Assembly (NCBI GenBank): GCA_035640755.1
Contig: DASQVN010000108.1
Location: 1 to 54,045, forward strand
Source: Rhodopila sp.
GTDB lineage: Bacteria > Pseudomonadota > Alphaproteobacteria > Acetobacterales > Acetobacteraceae
DNA: 54,045 bases
Direction: 5' to 3'
The notes beneath the pieces were generated by a model. That model was not told where the DNA came from. It did no database searches and worked only from the letters and a program-made list of their open reading frames with translations. Below, piece after piece: positions 29,688 through 39,519 of this stretch (the stretch's first letter is position 1; every line of letters begins with the position of its first letter). Both the position numbers and the translations under genes were made by a program.

Positions 29688-29720
29688 ACCTGCCCCGGAG
29701 GACCAATCTCCTGCACGAGC

Positions 29721-29918
29721 TCAGGAATGCAGCAGGCTCATCATGATAACGAACAACAGGATGGCTGTGCCCTGCAGCAACACACGCCATTGCATAAGCT
29801 TGTTCGATCGTCTGCCGTCGGGTGACCACATCATCTGGACCAGGCCGGCGATCAGAACGCCCAACGTGGCGAACATGCAAAGGGCGACCAGCAATGTCAG
29901 GAAACTGTGCATATCCAT
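29721..29918 (-). CDS. Twin transmembrane helix small protein (HIG1 domain)
   Basis: ATLGVLIAGL...SNKLMQWRVLLQ signature; usual position upstream of etfB; start 29918 or 29912. Confidence 0.85.
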   Translation of the reverse strand: MDMHSFLTLLVALCMFATLGVLIAGLVQMMWSPDGRRSNKLMQWRVLLQGTAILLFVIMMSLLHS

Positions 29919-30023
29919 CAGGTAGGGTGCGCCGAGCGATTGTGGAGGTATCCCGCTGGCGTGACTCGCGCAAGGGCGGGATTTACATTGACCGGTCCGC
30001 CGCTTGTGTGGTCGTACGCGCCA

Positions 30024-32375
30024 ATGACACGGGTTCTGCTGTTCCTGCTGTGCGCAGGCTTTGTGGCCTTCGCATCCCTCGCTCATGCGCAAAAACCGTC
30101 AGCTCCGGCATCGCCTGCGGCGCCGGCCATTTCGGCCGACCAGGCACGCATCGCATTGGATGTTATGAACGATCCGGCAAAGCGGGCTGCCTTCACAGCC
30201 ACGCTGAACGCGATCATCAAGACCCAGGGCGGCAGCCCATCCGGGCAGGCGGGACCGCCGGAAAAACCGCCGGCCACGACCTCGGTTGAAGGCGTGACGA
30301 TCCCGCTGGCGCCGGACAGCCTGGGCGCTGAGGTGCTTCTATCAGCCTCAGATTTCGTCAACCGTGTTGGTAACCAGGCTGTGAACGCGGTTGAGACGGT
30401 GCAGAGCCTGCCGTTACTATATGGCTGGGCGGTGGTGATGGCGACGAACCCGGTCGCCCGCGGTCTGCTGATAGATGTCGTCTGGCGCGTGGCCGTCGTC
30501 GTGCTTTGCGCCTTCGCTGCAGAGTGGGGCCTGCGCCACGCCATGAGGCGCCCAATCCGCACCCTGGAGGCGCTGGGACATCGCTATCCTGTTCACGCCA
30601 CGTTCCCTGCTGAGGACGACGACTCCGAACGGCTCCGCCCACGGCCGTCCGCGTGGGCTCTGCTCCGCCGTGTTCCTCTGGGCTTGGCGCGGCTCCTGCT
30701 GGAGCTTGTACCGGTTCTGGGCATCGCGGTAGTCGGGCACCTGCTGGCAGGGTCCAGCATCGGCGGCCAGACGATCAGCCGGTTGATCATCCTGGCTGTG
30801 ATCGATGCCTATGCAGCCTGCGCCGCCTTTTTGTGCGTCGCCCGCATGCTGCTTTCGCCTGGCGCCGCGCCCCTGCGGCTTTTTCACCTGGGGGACACGA
30901 CGGCAAATTACATGATGTACTGGGCGCGCCGTCTGATCCTGCTGGTCGTGGTCGGTTATGCTGCCGGCGAAGTCGGACTGCTGCTTGGCCTCTCGACCAT
31001 CGCGCACGATGCGACTCAGAAGGCTGTCGGTCTGATCGTGCATATCTGCCTGATCGTCATCGTCATACGGAACCGTCGCGCCGTTCGCCGCTGGCTCCGT
31101 GCCCCCGAGGGGGCCAGCGACTGGACCGCCAGGCTGCGCAACACATTCGCGCGCATCTGGCATTGGATCGCACTTTTCTTCCTAATTGCCGGCTGGCTGG
31201 TCTGGGCCGTGGAGGTCCCGCACGGCTACACCACCATGCTGCACTACTTCATCGTCACCGCCCTGGTCCTCATCGGCGCTCGGCTTCTTCTCCTTTTGCT
31301 GCTGGGCGTCGTCGACCGGACCATGCGTCCGGTCAATAACGGCGAAACGACCGGGCTTCCTCAAGGCATTCAGGAGCGGCTGCGAGCCTACCACCCGCTG
31401 GTCAGCACCGTGTTACGCATCCTCGTGTATGTGCTCTGTGCCTTGGGCCTGCTGCAGCTTTACGGGCTGAACACCTTCCTGTGGCTGGTCAGCACTGCCC
31501 TCGGGCTCCGCCTGCTGTCGGCGATCGGGACGCTGACTGTCACCATCGTCTTCGCCTTCGCGGTGTGGGAATTTGTGAATGGCGCCTTCCAGCAGCATCT
31601 GAACCGCCTTCAGAAGGAGGCGCAGATGGCCCGCTCAGCCAGGCTTCGCACATTATTGCCCTTGCTGCGGACAAGTTTGCTGATCACCATCACCATTGTC
31701 GCGACCCTGATGATCCTGAGCGAGATCGGCATCAACGTGGCGCCCCTCCTGGCAGGTGCCGGTATCGTCGGCGTGGCGATCGGGTTCGGGTCGCAGAAGC
31801 TGGTGCAGGATCTGATCACCGGTATCTTCCTGCTGCTCGAGAACGCCATGCAGGTCGGTGACTGGGTAACCGTCTCGGGTCTGTCAGGCACGGTGGAGAA
31901 TCTCTCCGTGCGCACCATCCGGCTGCGCGCCGGCGACGGATCGGTCCACATCATCCCGTTCAGCGCTGTCACCAGCGTCACCAACGTCAACCGCGGTCTG
32001 GGCAACGCTGTGATCAATGTCACGATCCCCTATGATGAGGACCCAGACCGCGCCGCAGCCGAACTGTCAAAGATCGTCGCGGAGATGCGGACTGACCCCG
32101 ATCTCTCAGCGAAGATGTTGAGCGACTTCCAGCTATGGGGTGTGGACAAGGTGGATGGCGCGTCGGTCACCATCGCCGGTCAGATTGTGTGTACCGACAC
32201 CGGGCGCTGGGCGGTGCAGCGGGAATTCAATCGCCGCATGAAGCGGCGATTTCAGACGCTGGGGATCCAGATCTACAATCCGACGCAGACGATTTCGGTC
32301 CAGCTCCAGCCGCCACGCCCAGCGCTGGCGCAGCAGGAAGCGGCCGCGAAGGCCATCCCCCAGTCGCCGGCATGA
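30024..32375 (+). CDS. MscS-family mechanosensitive channel (YbiO-like, long N-terminus)
   Basis: Signal peptide, many TMs, LLAGAGIVGVAIGFGSQKLVQD.ITG, VGDWV..SGTVE, IPFS. Confidence 0.93.
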   Translation: MTRVLLFLLCAGFVAFASLAHAQKPSAPASPAAPAISADQARIALDVMNDPAKRAAFTATLNAIIKTQGGSPSGQAGPPEKPPATTSVEGVTIPLAPDSLGAEVLLSASDFVNRVGNQAVNAVETVQSLPLLYGWAVVMATNPVARGLLIDVVWRVAVVVLCAFAAEWGLRHAMRRPIRTLEALGHRYPVHATFPAEDDDSERLRPRPSAWALLRRVPLGLARLLLELVPVLGIAVVGHLLAGSSIGGQTISRLIILAVIDAYAACAAFLCVARMLLSPGAAPLRLFHLGDTTANYMMYWARRLILLVVVGYAAGEVGLLLGLSTIAHDATQKAVGLIVHICLIVIVIRNRRAVRRWLRAPEGASDWTARLRNTFARIWHWIALFFLIAGWLVWAVEVPHGYTTMLHYFIVTALVLIGARLLLLLLLGVVDRTMRPVNNGETTGLPQGIQERLRAYHPLVSTVLRILVYVLCALGLLQLYGLNTFLWLVSTALGLRLLSAIGTLTVTIVFAFAVWEFVNGAFQQHLNRLQKEAQMARSARLRTLLPLLRTSLLITITIVATLMILSEIGINVAPLLAGAGIVGVAIGFGSQKLVQDLITGIFLLLENAMQVGDWVTVSGLSGTVENLSVRTIRLRAGDGSVHIIPFSAVTSVTNVNRGLGNAVINVTIPYDEDPDRAAAELSKIVAEMRTDPDLSAKMLSDFQLWGVDKVDGASVTIAGQIVCTDTGRWAVQREFNRRMKRRFQTLGIQIYNPTQTISVQLQPPRPALAQQEAAAKAIPQSPA

Positions 32376-32381
32376 AGCCAG

Positions 32382-33902
32382 TCAGTTGCCGCCGAACGCA
32401 ACAGCCGGCTTGACGAATGGCCGTAACAGCAATGACAGGACCACCGCGACCACGATGTTGGCAATCAGGGAGTACAGGGCAATATAGCCGGGGAAGCTCA
32501 TCCCACCGATGGTGATCGTATAGATCGCGGCCTTGAAAGATGTCGTCGAGGCCATCCACGTCCCGAGCACCGTTCCGACAGCCCACCCGGCGAGCAGGGA
32601 CCAGCCATTCAGCAGCCGAATATACAGACCCAGGATGACCGATGGCAGGATCTGGATGATCCAGAGCCCGCCCAGAAGCTGGAACTGCAGGGCGAAGGGC
32701 ACCGGCACGAACACGATGAACAGCAGCGCGCCGAACTTGACCACCAGCGAGGCGATCTTTGCCACACCAGACTCCTGAGCATCGGTCGCGTTTGGCCGGA
32801 AGAAGCCGCGGTAGAGGTTGCGGCTGACGATGTTTGCGCAGGCGATCGACATGATTGCCGACGGCACCAGCGCCCCGATCGCGATCGCAGCGAACGCCAG
32901 GCCGGCAAACCAGTCGGGAAACGAAGCCAGAATCAGCGCCGGCACCGCAAAATTGTTTCCATACAGCTTGAAGCCGTCGGCAAATGCCGGATCGGCATTC
33001 ACCTTCAGCGCCACCGCCATGAACCCGAGCAGCGCCAGCAGGCCCAGCACCAGCGAATAGGCGGGCAGCAGTGCCGCATTGCGGCGGATCGCGCCCGGAC
33101 TCGCGCTACTGAGGATTGCCGTCAGCGAGTGGGGATACAGGAACAACGCCAGCGCCGACCCAAGGGCGAGGGTCGCGTATGTGCTGTAGCTGCCGTAGGT
33201 GTCGGCCGCCGGCGCCGCCAACGTCAGCTTGGCCGGAGGTACCGCGCTGAAGATCGGGCCGAACCCGCCCAGCTTGAGTGGCACCCAGATCGTCACCGCG
33301 AACACGACCACGTAAATCAGGATGTCCTTCACCACCGCGATCATAGCCGGCGCCCGCAACCCCGACGTATAGGTGAACGCCGCCAGGATGACGAAGGCGA
33401 TGACCAGCGGCCAGTCACCGCTCAGCCCGGAACCGCCGACCCCCATGGCTCCGATCACCACCTGCATGCCGACGAGTTGCAGCGCAATGTAGGGCATGGT
33501 CGCCACCAGCCCGGTAATGCCCACGGCCAGCGCGAGCCACCGGTTGCCGTACCGACCCATGACCACGTCGGACGACGTCACATACCCATGCTTGTGCGCG
33601 ACCTCCCAGAGCCGAGGGAAGATCAGGTACAGCAGTGGATAGATCAGGATGGTGTACGGTACCGCGAAGAACCCGAGTGCGCCGGCACCATAGACCAGCG
33701 CCGGCACCGCGACAAAGGTATAAGCCGTATACAGATCGCCCCCGAGCAGGAACCAGGTGACGAATGTGCCGAAACGCCGGCCGCCCAGCCCCCATTCGTG
33801 CAGCAGCGACAGGTCGCCCGTCCGCCAGCGCGCGGCAGCAAAGCCTAGGACGGTGACGAACACGAACAACGCGACGAAGACGATCAGGGCGGGCCAGTTC
33901 AC
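32382..33902 (-). CDS. mctP: Sodium:solute symporter, MctP-like monocarboxylate permease
   Basis: EWGLGGRRFG..TWFLLGGDLYTAYTF, ATMPYIALQLVG; GTG start after GAGGAG. Confidence 0.88.
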   Translation of the reverse strand: MNWPALIVFVALFVFVTVLGFAAARWRTGDLSLLHEWGLGGRRFGTFVTWFLLGGDLYTAYTFVAVPALVYGAGALGFFAVPYTILIYPLLYLIFPRLWEVAHKHGYVTSSDVVMGRYGNRWLALAVGITGLVATMPYIALQLVGMQVVIGAMGVGGSGLSGDWPLVIAFVILAAFTYTSGLRAPAMIAVVKDILIYVVVFAVTIWVPLKLGGFGPIFSAVPPAKLTLAAPAADTYGSYSTYATLALGSALALFLYPHSLTAILSSASPGAIRRNAALLPAYSLVLGLLALLGFMAVALKVNADPAFADGFKLYGNNFAVPALILASFPDWFAGLAFAAIAIGALVPSAIMSIACANIVSRNLYRGFFRPNATDAQESGVAKIASLVVKFGALLFIVFVPVPFALQFQLLGGLWIIQILPSVILGLYIRLLNGWSLLAGWAVGTVLGTWMASTTSFKAAIYTITIGGMSFPGYIALYSLIANIVVAVVLSLLLRPFVKPAVAFGGN

Positions 33903-33911
33903 GGCGGCTCC

Positions 33912-34115
33912 TCAGTGTTCGGCTGCGTAGATGATTGCCGCAAGCCCAGCGGCGATCACCACCCACAGAAGCTGGTACCAATAGAAGAACGGAAAGCCGA
34001 AAAGCGCCGGTTCGGCGCTGTTGTAGGATGGCACCCACAGCATCGCCACGAACGGAAGCACGAACAGGATGCGCAACCAGTGACGCTGCGGCTGCTGACC
34101 GTTCTGCAACGGCAT
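33912..34115 (-). CDS. DUF3311-type small membrane protein accompanying the symporter
   Basis: WVPSYN..EP.LFGFPFFYWYQLLW; RBS GGAGGAG. Confidence 0.88.
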   Translation of the reverse strand: MPLQNGQQPQRHWLRILFVLPFVAMLWVPSYNSAEPALFGFPFFYWYQLLWVVIAAGLAAIIYAAEH

Positions 34116-34230
34116 TGTCGGTCTCCTCCGATGTGTTGCCATCGACCGGCACGGCCTCACACCCGCGCCTATGGTCGGCTTCAATCAGATTAACCGTAAG
34201 CAGTCAATACGCTTCCATTCCGAGCCAGCG

Positions 34231-35382
34231 CTATTTCAGCAGCCGCGGCAGCAGCGCATCCAGGCGCAGCTTCCCTTCCCGTGTCGCGACCAGCCGGTCC
34301 TCGGTCTGCTCCAGATAGCCTTCCTCAATGCAGGCGCCAAGGACGGTCTCGTCCACCACTTGCATCAGGGTGCAGCCTGTGCGCACCTGGAAAAAGGCAA
34401 GGTCCACCCCATCCCGCAGCCGCAGGCCCATCAGAAGCGCTTCCCGAGCCCGGTCCGGCGCCTCCACGACGACATCCTGCATAACGGCATGCCCGGTCTC
34501 GTGCACCTTGCGTGCCCAGACTTCGGGTGCGCGATGGCGTCGGGTAGCGTGCAGATCACCGCCCACAGTAATGCGCCCGTGCGCACCCGGGCCAATCCCG
34601 GCGTAGTCACGGTACTGCCAGTACGCCAGATTATGGCGGCTCTCCTGCCCGGGACGCGCGAAATTGGAGATCTCATAGGCCAGCAAACCGGCGCGCCCGC
34701 ATTCCTCCTCGGTAGCCTCATACAAGGCGGCCGATACATCATCCGGGGGGAGCACGAGTCGCCCCTGGCGGTGCAGCGCTTCAAACGGCGTCGCCGGCTC
34801 AACTGTCAATTGATACAAGGAGAGGTGATCCGTAGCGATGGCAAGCGCATCACGAAGCTCGGACCGCCAACTGGCTACATCCTGCCCAGGTCGGGCATAG
34901 ATGAGGTCGAATGACACACGGGAGAACAGGGACCGCGCCAGCGCCAGTGCGTGGGTCGCCTCGGCCGCCGAATGTTGCCTGCCCAGGAAGCGCAGTGCCT
35001 CGTCGCGCAGGCTTTGAATGCCGATCGACACGCGGTTAACACCAGCCGCACGAAAATCGCCCAATTTGCCGACTTCGATGCTCGTGGGATTGGCCTCCAA
35101 CGTGATCTCTATGTCGGCAGCCGGGTCGAAGTACCCTGCCGCATCCTCCAGCAGCGCGGCCACCACACCCGGCTCCATCAGGCTCGGCGTGCCACCGCCA
35201 AAAAAGATCGAGGTCAGACGACGGCGCCCGATCCGGTCAGCTTCGATCGCCAATTCGCGCCGTATGGCGGCGGCAAACCCACCCTGGTCGATGTGATCAC
35301 GAACACGAGAGTTGAAATCGCAGTAGGGGCACTTGGCGAGGCAGAAGGGCCAGTGAACATAAAGCGCCAGATCGTTGGTCAA
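34231..35382 (-). CDS. hemW: Radical SAM heme chaperone HemW
   Basis: LYVHWPFC..KCPYCDFNS, FFGGGTPS, EANP, YEISN, HNLAYW; TTG start. Confidence 0.93.
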   Translation of the reverse strand: MTNDLALYVHWPFCLAKCPYCDFNSRVRDHIDQGGFAAAIRRELAIEADRIGRRRLTSIFFGGGTPSLMEPGVVAALLEDAAGYFDPAADIEITLEANPTSIEVGKLGDFRAAGVNRVSIGIQSLRDEALRFLGRQHSAAEATHALALARSLFSRVSFDLIYARPGQDVASWRSELRDALAIATDHLSLYQLTVEPATPFEALHRQGRLVLPPDDVSAALYEATEEECGRAGLLAYEISNFARPGQESRHNLAYWQYRDYAGIGPGAHGRITVGGDLHATRRHRAPEVWARKVHETGHAVMQDVVVEAPDRAREALLMGLRLRDGVDLAFFQVRTGCTLMQVVDETVLGACIEEGYLEQTEDRLVATREGKLRLDALLPRLLK

Positions 35383-35936
35383 AGCCTCAGGCTTTCCGGG
35401 ATACGCAGGTTGAGGTTGCCTGGAATCGACCAGACTTCGCGCACTTTACGGGTGACGGTGAATCCCGCACGCAGATAGTTCGGCAACGCCCGTGGATGAT
35501 CCGCCGTGCAGGTGTTGACTGTCATGCCCTTCGCACCCCGGCGCCAGACTTCGTCGACGGCACAGCGCAGGAAGGCATGTCCGACACCAGTGCCGATCAT
35601 GAACGGCATCAGGCCGAAGTAGCTCAAGTTCACATCCGGCCAGGTACGCGCGTCGAGCTCGAAGAAGCCGGCCGGTTCCCCCTTCCCGTATAAGGTATAG
35701 ATGCCGATCGCGCGGTTGCTCAGCAGGCCCGTCAACTCGGCATCGGAGCAGGTGCGGCGCAGCCACCACAGATAATCTGCGCCAATGGTGTTGTAGAGAT
35801 AGCGGTAGAATGGGACGGTCGGTGCTTCCGCACGCACGACCGAGAGACCCACGGGGAGGGCAGGGGCCGGGACCCGTGGCGCATGATCCATGCGCAGGAA
35901 TGTCACTGTTACGCCAACGCGGGTAACCGGACCCAT
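35379..35936 (-). CDS. GNAT family N-acetyltransferase
   Basis: YFGLMPFMIGTGVG acetyl-CoA motif, NTCTADHPRALPNY.RAGF; start 35936 or 35972. Confidence 0.88.
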   Translation of the reverse strand: MGPVTRVGVTVTFLRMDHAPRVPAPALPVGLSVVRAEAPTVPFYRYLYNTIGADYLWWLRRTCSDAELTGLLSNRAIGIYTLYGKGEPAGFFELDARTWPDVNLSYFGLMPFMIGTGVGHAFLRCAVDEVWRRGAKGMTVNTCTADHPRALPNYLRAGFTVTRKVREVWSIPGNLNLRIPESLRL

Positions 35937-36033
35937 CTGGCCTTCTCTGTCAGTCAGGTTGCGGACTCTCATTCGCCTGGTGCCGTGCACACCACTGCCG
36001 AATACAGCGCTATTTATGCAATGGGACAGGAAC

Positions 36034-36294
36034 TCACAATCCGCCAGCGCCGGCGCCAAACGCATTGAACGTGATCAGCGTGTAGGTGTCCTTCACGCCT
36101 GGCAGCGTCTGAATCCTCTCGGTGACAAACAGGCCGATATCCTGCGTCGGCTCAAGATAGAACTTGCCCAGCAAGTCATACTGGCCAGATGTGGAGAACA
36201 GCTCTGACATCTCGGGAATCGTGTCGGCAGCGTCCCGCGCAACCCGGTATGCCTGGCCCATCTCGCATTTGATCTGAACAAAGATTGCTCGCAT
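36034..36294 (-). CDS. Stand-alone Lrp/AsnC ligand-binding domain protein
   Basis: STSGQYDLL.K...IQTLPGVKDT.T; no HTH; RBS GGAGG. Confidence 0.85.
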   Translation of the reverse strand: MRAIFVQIKCEMGQAYRVARDAADTIPEMSELFSTSGQYDLLGKFYLEPTQDIGLFVTERIQTLPGVKDTYTLITFNAFGAGAGGL

Positions 36295-36351
36295 TGTCCC
36301 CTCCCGACGTGGGGCGCCGTTTTACCCGCTGCAGCGGCGGGCGGAAAGCGG

Positions 36352-36621
36352 TCAGACAATTGCGCTTCTGGGCTCCCTGGCAGTCAGCTCGAACGACGCT
36401 GAGCCAATGCGCAGCAGCAAATCGCTGACAGAGGGAACGGTCGGCCGGGTGCCAGCGCCGGTCAGGAACTGGCGCCAGCGCCGCCAGACATCCGGAGGCA
36501 GGCGCAACGTCCGCGCCTGATCTTCGATTGTCACTCCTGCTTCCGCACAGATGGTTTCAAACATTGCGAACTGCAGTTGAATGAGTTGGTCGGCTACCTG
36601 CGCCAGTGACATCGACTCCAT
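36352..36621 (-). CDS. Hypothetical protein
   Basis: Fills the intergenic gap; helical, with a weak HTH-like stretch VTIEDQARTLRL...WRRW; start uncertain. Confidence 0.45.
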   Translation of the reverse strand: MESMSLAQVADQLIQLQFAMFETICAEAGVTIEDQARTLRLPPDVWRRWRQFLTGAGTRPTVPSVSDLLLRIGSASFELTAREPRSAIV

Positions 36622-36772
36622 CTGTGGTCCGGTGTCCGCAGTTTGCCAGCACCTCAGGCGATGGCAATGGTGTGGTTGAACGTCCACCTGGCAGTGGTGT
36701 CCGGGTGACGCGACGCGTTCTTTCGCCTAACGTAAGCGGATCAAGGCAGAGTCGTCGGTAGGGAAACGCCAC

Positions 36773-38536
36773 ATGGGTCTGGGCCTAGCACGTAAGGCAC
36801 GCAACGTATCGCGCCACGGAGGACGTATCCTGGCGGATGCGCTTATCGCCCAGGGCATCGACCATGTCTTTGAGGTTCCTGGCGAAAGCTTCCTGGATAC
36901 CCTCGATGGCCTCTACGACCAGCGGGAACATCTGAGGCTGGTCACCTGCCGGTTTGAAGCCGGCGCGGTGAACATGGCGGAAGCCTATGGCAAGTTGACC
37001 GGCCGCCCGGCCGCCGCGATGGTCACCCGTGGGCCAGGTGCCTGCCACGGGTCGATCGGGGTGCATATCGCCTTCCAGGACAGTACACCCATGCTTCTTT
37101 TTGTCGGCCAGATCCCGCATGAGGACACTGGCCGTGATGCTTTCCAAGAGGTTGATTACCGGCAGATGTTTGCCCCCTTGGCAAAATGGGTCACTCAGAT
37201 CGACCACGCTCGGCGCATACCGGAAATCGTCGCCCACGCAGTCGACGTCGCGACCAGCGGCCGCCCCGGCCCCGTGGTGATCGCACTCTCCGAGGAGATG
37301 CAGAGGGACCGGGTGGAGGTGCCGGACCTGACGCGTGCCGTCGTCAGCAAGGCATTCCCTGATCCTGACATGCTTCTCCGTATGCGCGGCCTGCTGGCAA
37401 AGGCACGAAAGCCAGTCGCTATCGTCGGCGGCTCTTGCTGGACACAGGAAGGCCGAGCAGCCTTGCGGAAATTTCTGCTCGACAATAATCTGCCCGTCGC
37501 GGTCGGGTTCCGCAGGCAGGCGCATTACGACGGCACGCTGGCCAATTTCGCCGGCGACCTCGGTGTTGGGTCCGATCCAGGTCTGATTGCCAAGATCAAG
37601 GAGGCAGACCTGATCCTGGCCATCGGCAGCCGGCTGGGTGATGCCGTCACCCAAGGCTACACGCTGCTCGACATGGCGGGCAGTATACCCATCATCCAGG
37701 TCCTGCCCGACGGCGCCGAGATCGGGCGTGTATTCCGCACCGCTCTGGGGATCGTATCCGATTTGAACACATTTGCCCTCGCCGCCGCCGGGCTGGAGCC
37801 GGTGAAGCCGGCATGGACCAAGTGGACTCAGGAGTTGAGATCCCTGCGTGAGGCGCAGCGAGCCGTGCCCAACTACCCGGGCCCCCTCAACCTCGGCACA
37901 GTCATGCGGGAGCTGGAGGGGCTGCTCGCACCGGATGCCATTGTCACTACGGATGCGGGCAATTTCGCCGGTTGGGCGACCCGCTTCCTGAACTTTAGTG
38001 AGAACCAGCGCTACATCGGGCCGACGAACGGCGCGATGGGATACAGCATCCCGGCTGCAGTGGGTGCGAAGATTGCGTTCCCGGACCGTATGGTGGTCAG
38101 CATGGTTGGGGACGGCGGCTTCATGATGACCGGCCAGGAACTTGCCACCGCGTTCCATCATAGCGTGGCACCCATTGTCCTGGTCTTCAACAACCAGATG
38201 TACGGCACGATCCGGATGCACCAGGAGCGTGCCTATCCCTGGCGCGTATCAGGCACTGCCCTGACCAATCCGGACTTCGCCAAACTGATCGAAGCGTATG
38301 GCGGACACGGCGAGGTCGTGGCGGAAACCGAGGCGTTCACTCCGGCATTCCGGCGCGCCGTCGAAAGTGGCCGACCGGCTTTGATCGAGCTGCGGATGAA
38401 CCCGGATCAGATAACGACCCGGGCGACAATCGGCGATCTTCGCGCCGGGAAGAAGCCGCCCGCTGCCAGCCCGAAGGCAAGACCCACCACAGCAGCCATG
38501 CATCGCATATCAGTAACCGGCAAGAAGCGCACCTGA
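36773..38536 (+). CDS. Thiamine diphosphate-dependent enzyme (acetolactate synthase large subunit-like)
   Basis: VPGESFL, CRFEAGA..MAEAYGKLTG, TRGPG, GAMGY, GDGGF...NN..YGTIRMHQE. Confidence 0.92.
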   Translation: MGLGLARKARNVSRHGGRILADALIAQGIDHVFEVPGESFLDTLDGLYDQREHLRLVTCRFEAGAVNMAEAYGKLTGRPAAAMVTRGPGACHGSIGVHIAFQDSTPMLLFVGQIPHEDTGRDAFQEVDYRQMFAPLAKWVTQIDHARRIPEIVAHAVDVATSGRPGPVVIALSEEMQRDRVEVPDLTRAVVSKAFPDPDMLLRMRGLLAKARKPVAIVGGSCWTQEGRAALRKFLLDNNLPVAVGFRRQAHYDGTLANFAGDLGVGSDPGLIAKIKEADLILAIGSRLGDAVTQGYTLLDMAGSIPIIQVLPDGAEIGRVFRTALGIVSDLNTFALAAAGLEPVKPAWTKWTQELRSLREAQRAVPNYPGPLNLGTVMRELEGLLAPDAIVTTDAGNFAGWATRFLNFSENQRYIGPTNGAMGYSIPAAVGAKIAFPDRMVVSMVGDGGFMMTGQELATAFHHSVAPIVLVFNNQMYGTIRMHQERAYPWRVSGTALTNPDFAKLIEAYGGHGEVVAETEAFTPAFRRAVESGRPALIELRMNPDQITTRATIGDLRAGKKPPAASPKARPTTAAMHRISVTGKKRT

Positions 38537-38582
38537 TGCGACTACGACAGACCTCGGCATCGTTGAAACTTCTGACCATCCG

Positions 38583-39095
38583 CTAACCGTTTCCGCGTTT
38601 GCGACGTCCACGCTTCGGACGATCCTGCCGCTTCAAACCCAGTCCGCTTTCCAGGGCGAGGTCCGACCGTAAGCGTGCATATTGCGGCGCTACCATGGGA
38701 TAATTGGCGGGCAGCTTCCATTTCGCGCGGTATTCGTCCGGTGTCATCCCGTGGACTGTCAGAAGATGGCGCTTGAGCATCTTCATGGTCAGGCCGTCTT
38801 CCATACAAATCAGGTGGTCCTCGAAGACGGTCTGTCCATATTCCGGATGGAAGAATGCATTGTGATCAGGTCCGCCATGCCCATGGTGAATATGCTCACT
38901 AACGTGTGCATGGTGACTGGCCATCTCGACGCTCACAACCATAGGATGTAGTTGGCCGTCTGACAACGTTCGTAGCGTATTGTAAACGCGGTGAATTGCC
39001 TGAACCAAAGCGCCTCTTTCGACGCTGTTGTGCTGGGCATGTGCCGCAACGATCTGCGCGGACAGTCGCAAAATTTCTGGCTTGCTTTGGGTCAT
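38583..39095 (-). CDS. mucR: MucR/Ros family transcriptional regulator with His-rich linker
   Basis: L.AQIVAAH...N, LICMEDG..MKMLKRHL.TVHGMTPDEYRAKW.LP..YPMVAP.YA..RS.LA...GLG. Confidence 0.92.
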   Translation of the reverse strand: MTQSKPEILRLSAQIVAAHAQHNSVERGALVQAIHRVYNTLRTLSDGQLHPMVVSVEMASHHAHVSEHIHHGHGGPDHNAFFHPEYGQTVFEDHLICMEDGLTMKMLKRHLLTVHGMTPDEYRAKWKLPANYPMVAPQYARLRSDLALESGLGLKRQDRPKRGRRKRGNG

Positions 39096-39217
39096 CGGCT
39101 GGGGTCCTGATGGGCAATGAGGTTTTGATGATAAATTTACGTTGTATTAGCAATTCGTTTAACGTCAATGTCATTCAGAGTTATCGCAGCGCAAATGTGC
39201 AAAAGCCCGGAGGTGCT

Positions 39218-39397
39218 ATGAGTGACCAGGTCTTTCAGGATGCCTACAGCCGCGTGCGGGGACGCTTCTCCGACCGGGAATGGTTTGGCATGACGCCCCG
39301 TGAGATCACCGATGCGATCTACCGTGAAATCCGCATCATCGACCAGGAGCGCCTCAGCAGCCGCGAACAGAGCACCCTCGCGATCGCGGCCGAATAA
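39218..39397 (+). CDS. Small hypothetical protein (59 aa)
   Basis: Clear RBS GGAGGT, GC3-rich codons, helical pattern W..MTPREITDAIYREIR.ID. Confidence 0.7.
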   Translation: MSDQVFQDAYSRVRGRFSDREWFGMTPREITDAIYREIRIIDQERLSSREQSTLAIAAE

Positions 39398-39482
39398 CGA
39401 CCTTCTGCTCGCGCCTGGCGTGGCGCCGGGACTTCAGTGGAATGCACGAGGGACTTCGACGGAAATGCCAGGCCCGTCTCAG

Positions 39483-39508
39483 GCAACCCGTGCAAAGTGT
39501 CGGGCGTT
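39483..39508 (+). promoter_or_regulatory. EcfG-like promoter upstream of glgE
   Basis: GCAAC-N17-CGTT, 11 bp before ATG 39520. Confidence 0.55.
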
Positions 39509-39519
39509 GTCACGCCGTG

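Noticed and set aside
38450-38536. Basic Pro/Ala/Lys tail on the ThDP enzyme
   Set aside because: Low-complexity tails are common and nothing supports a function
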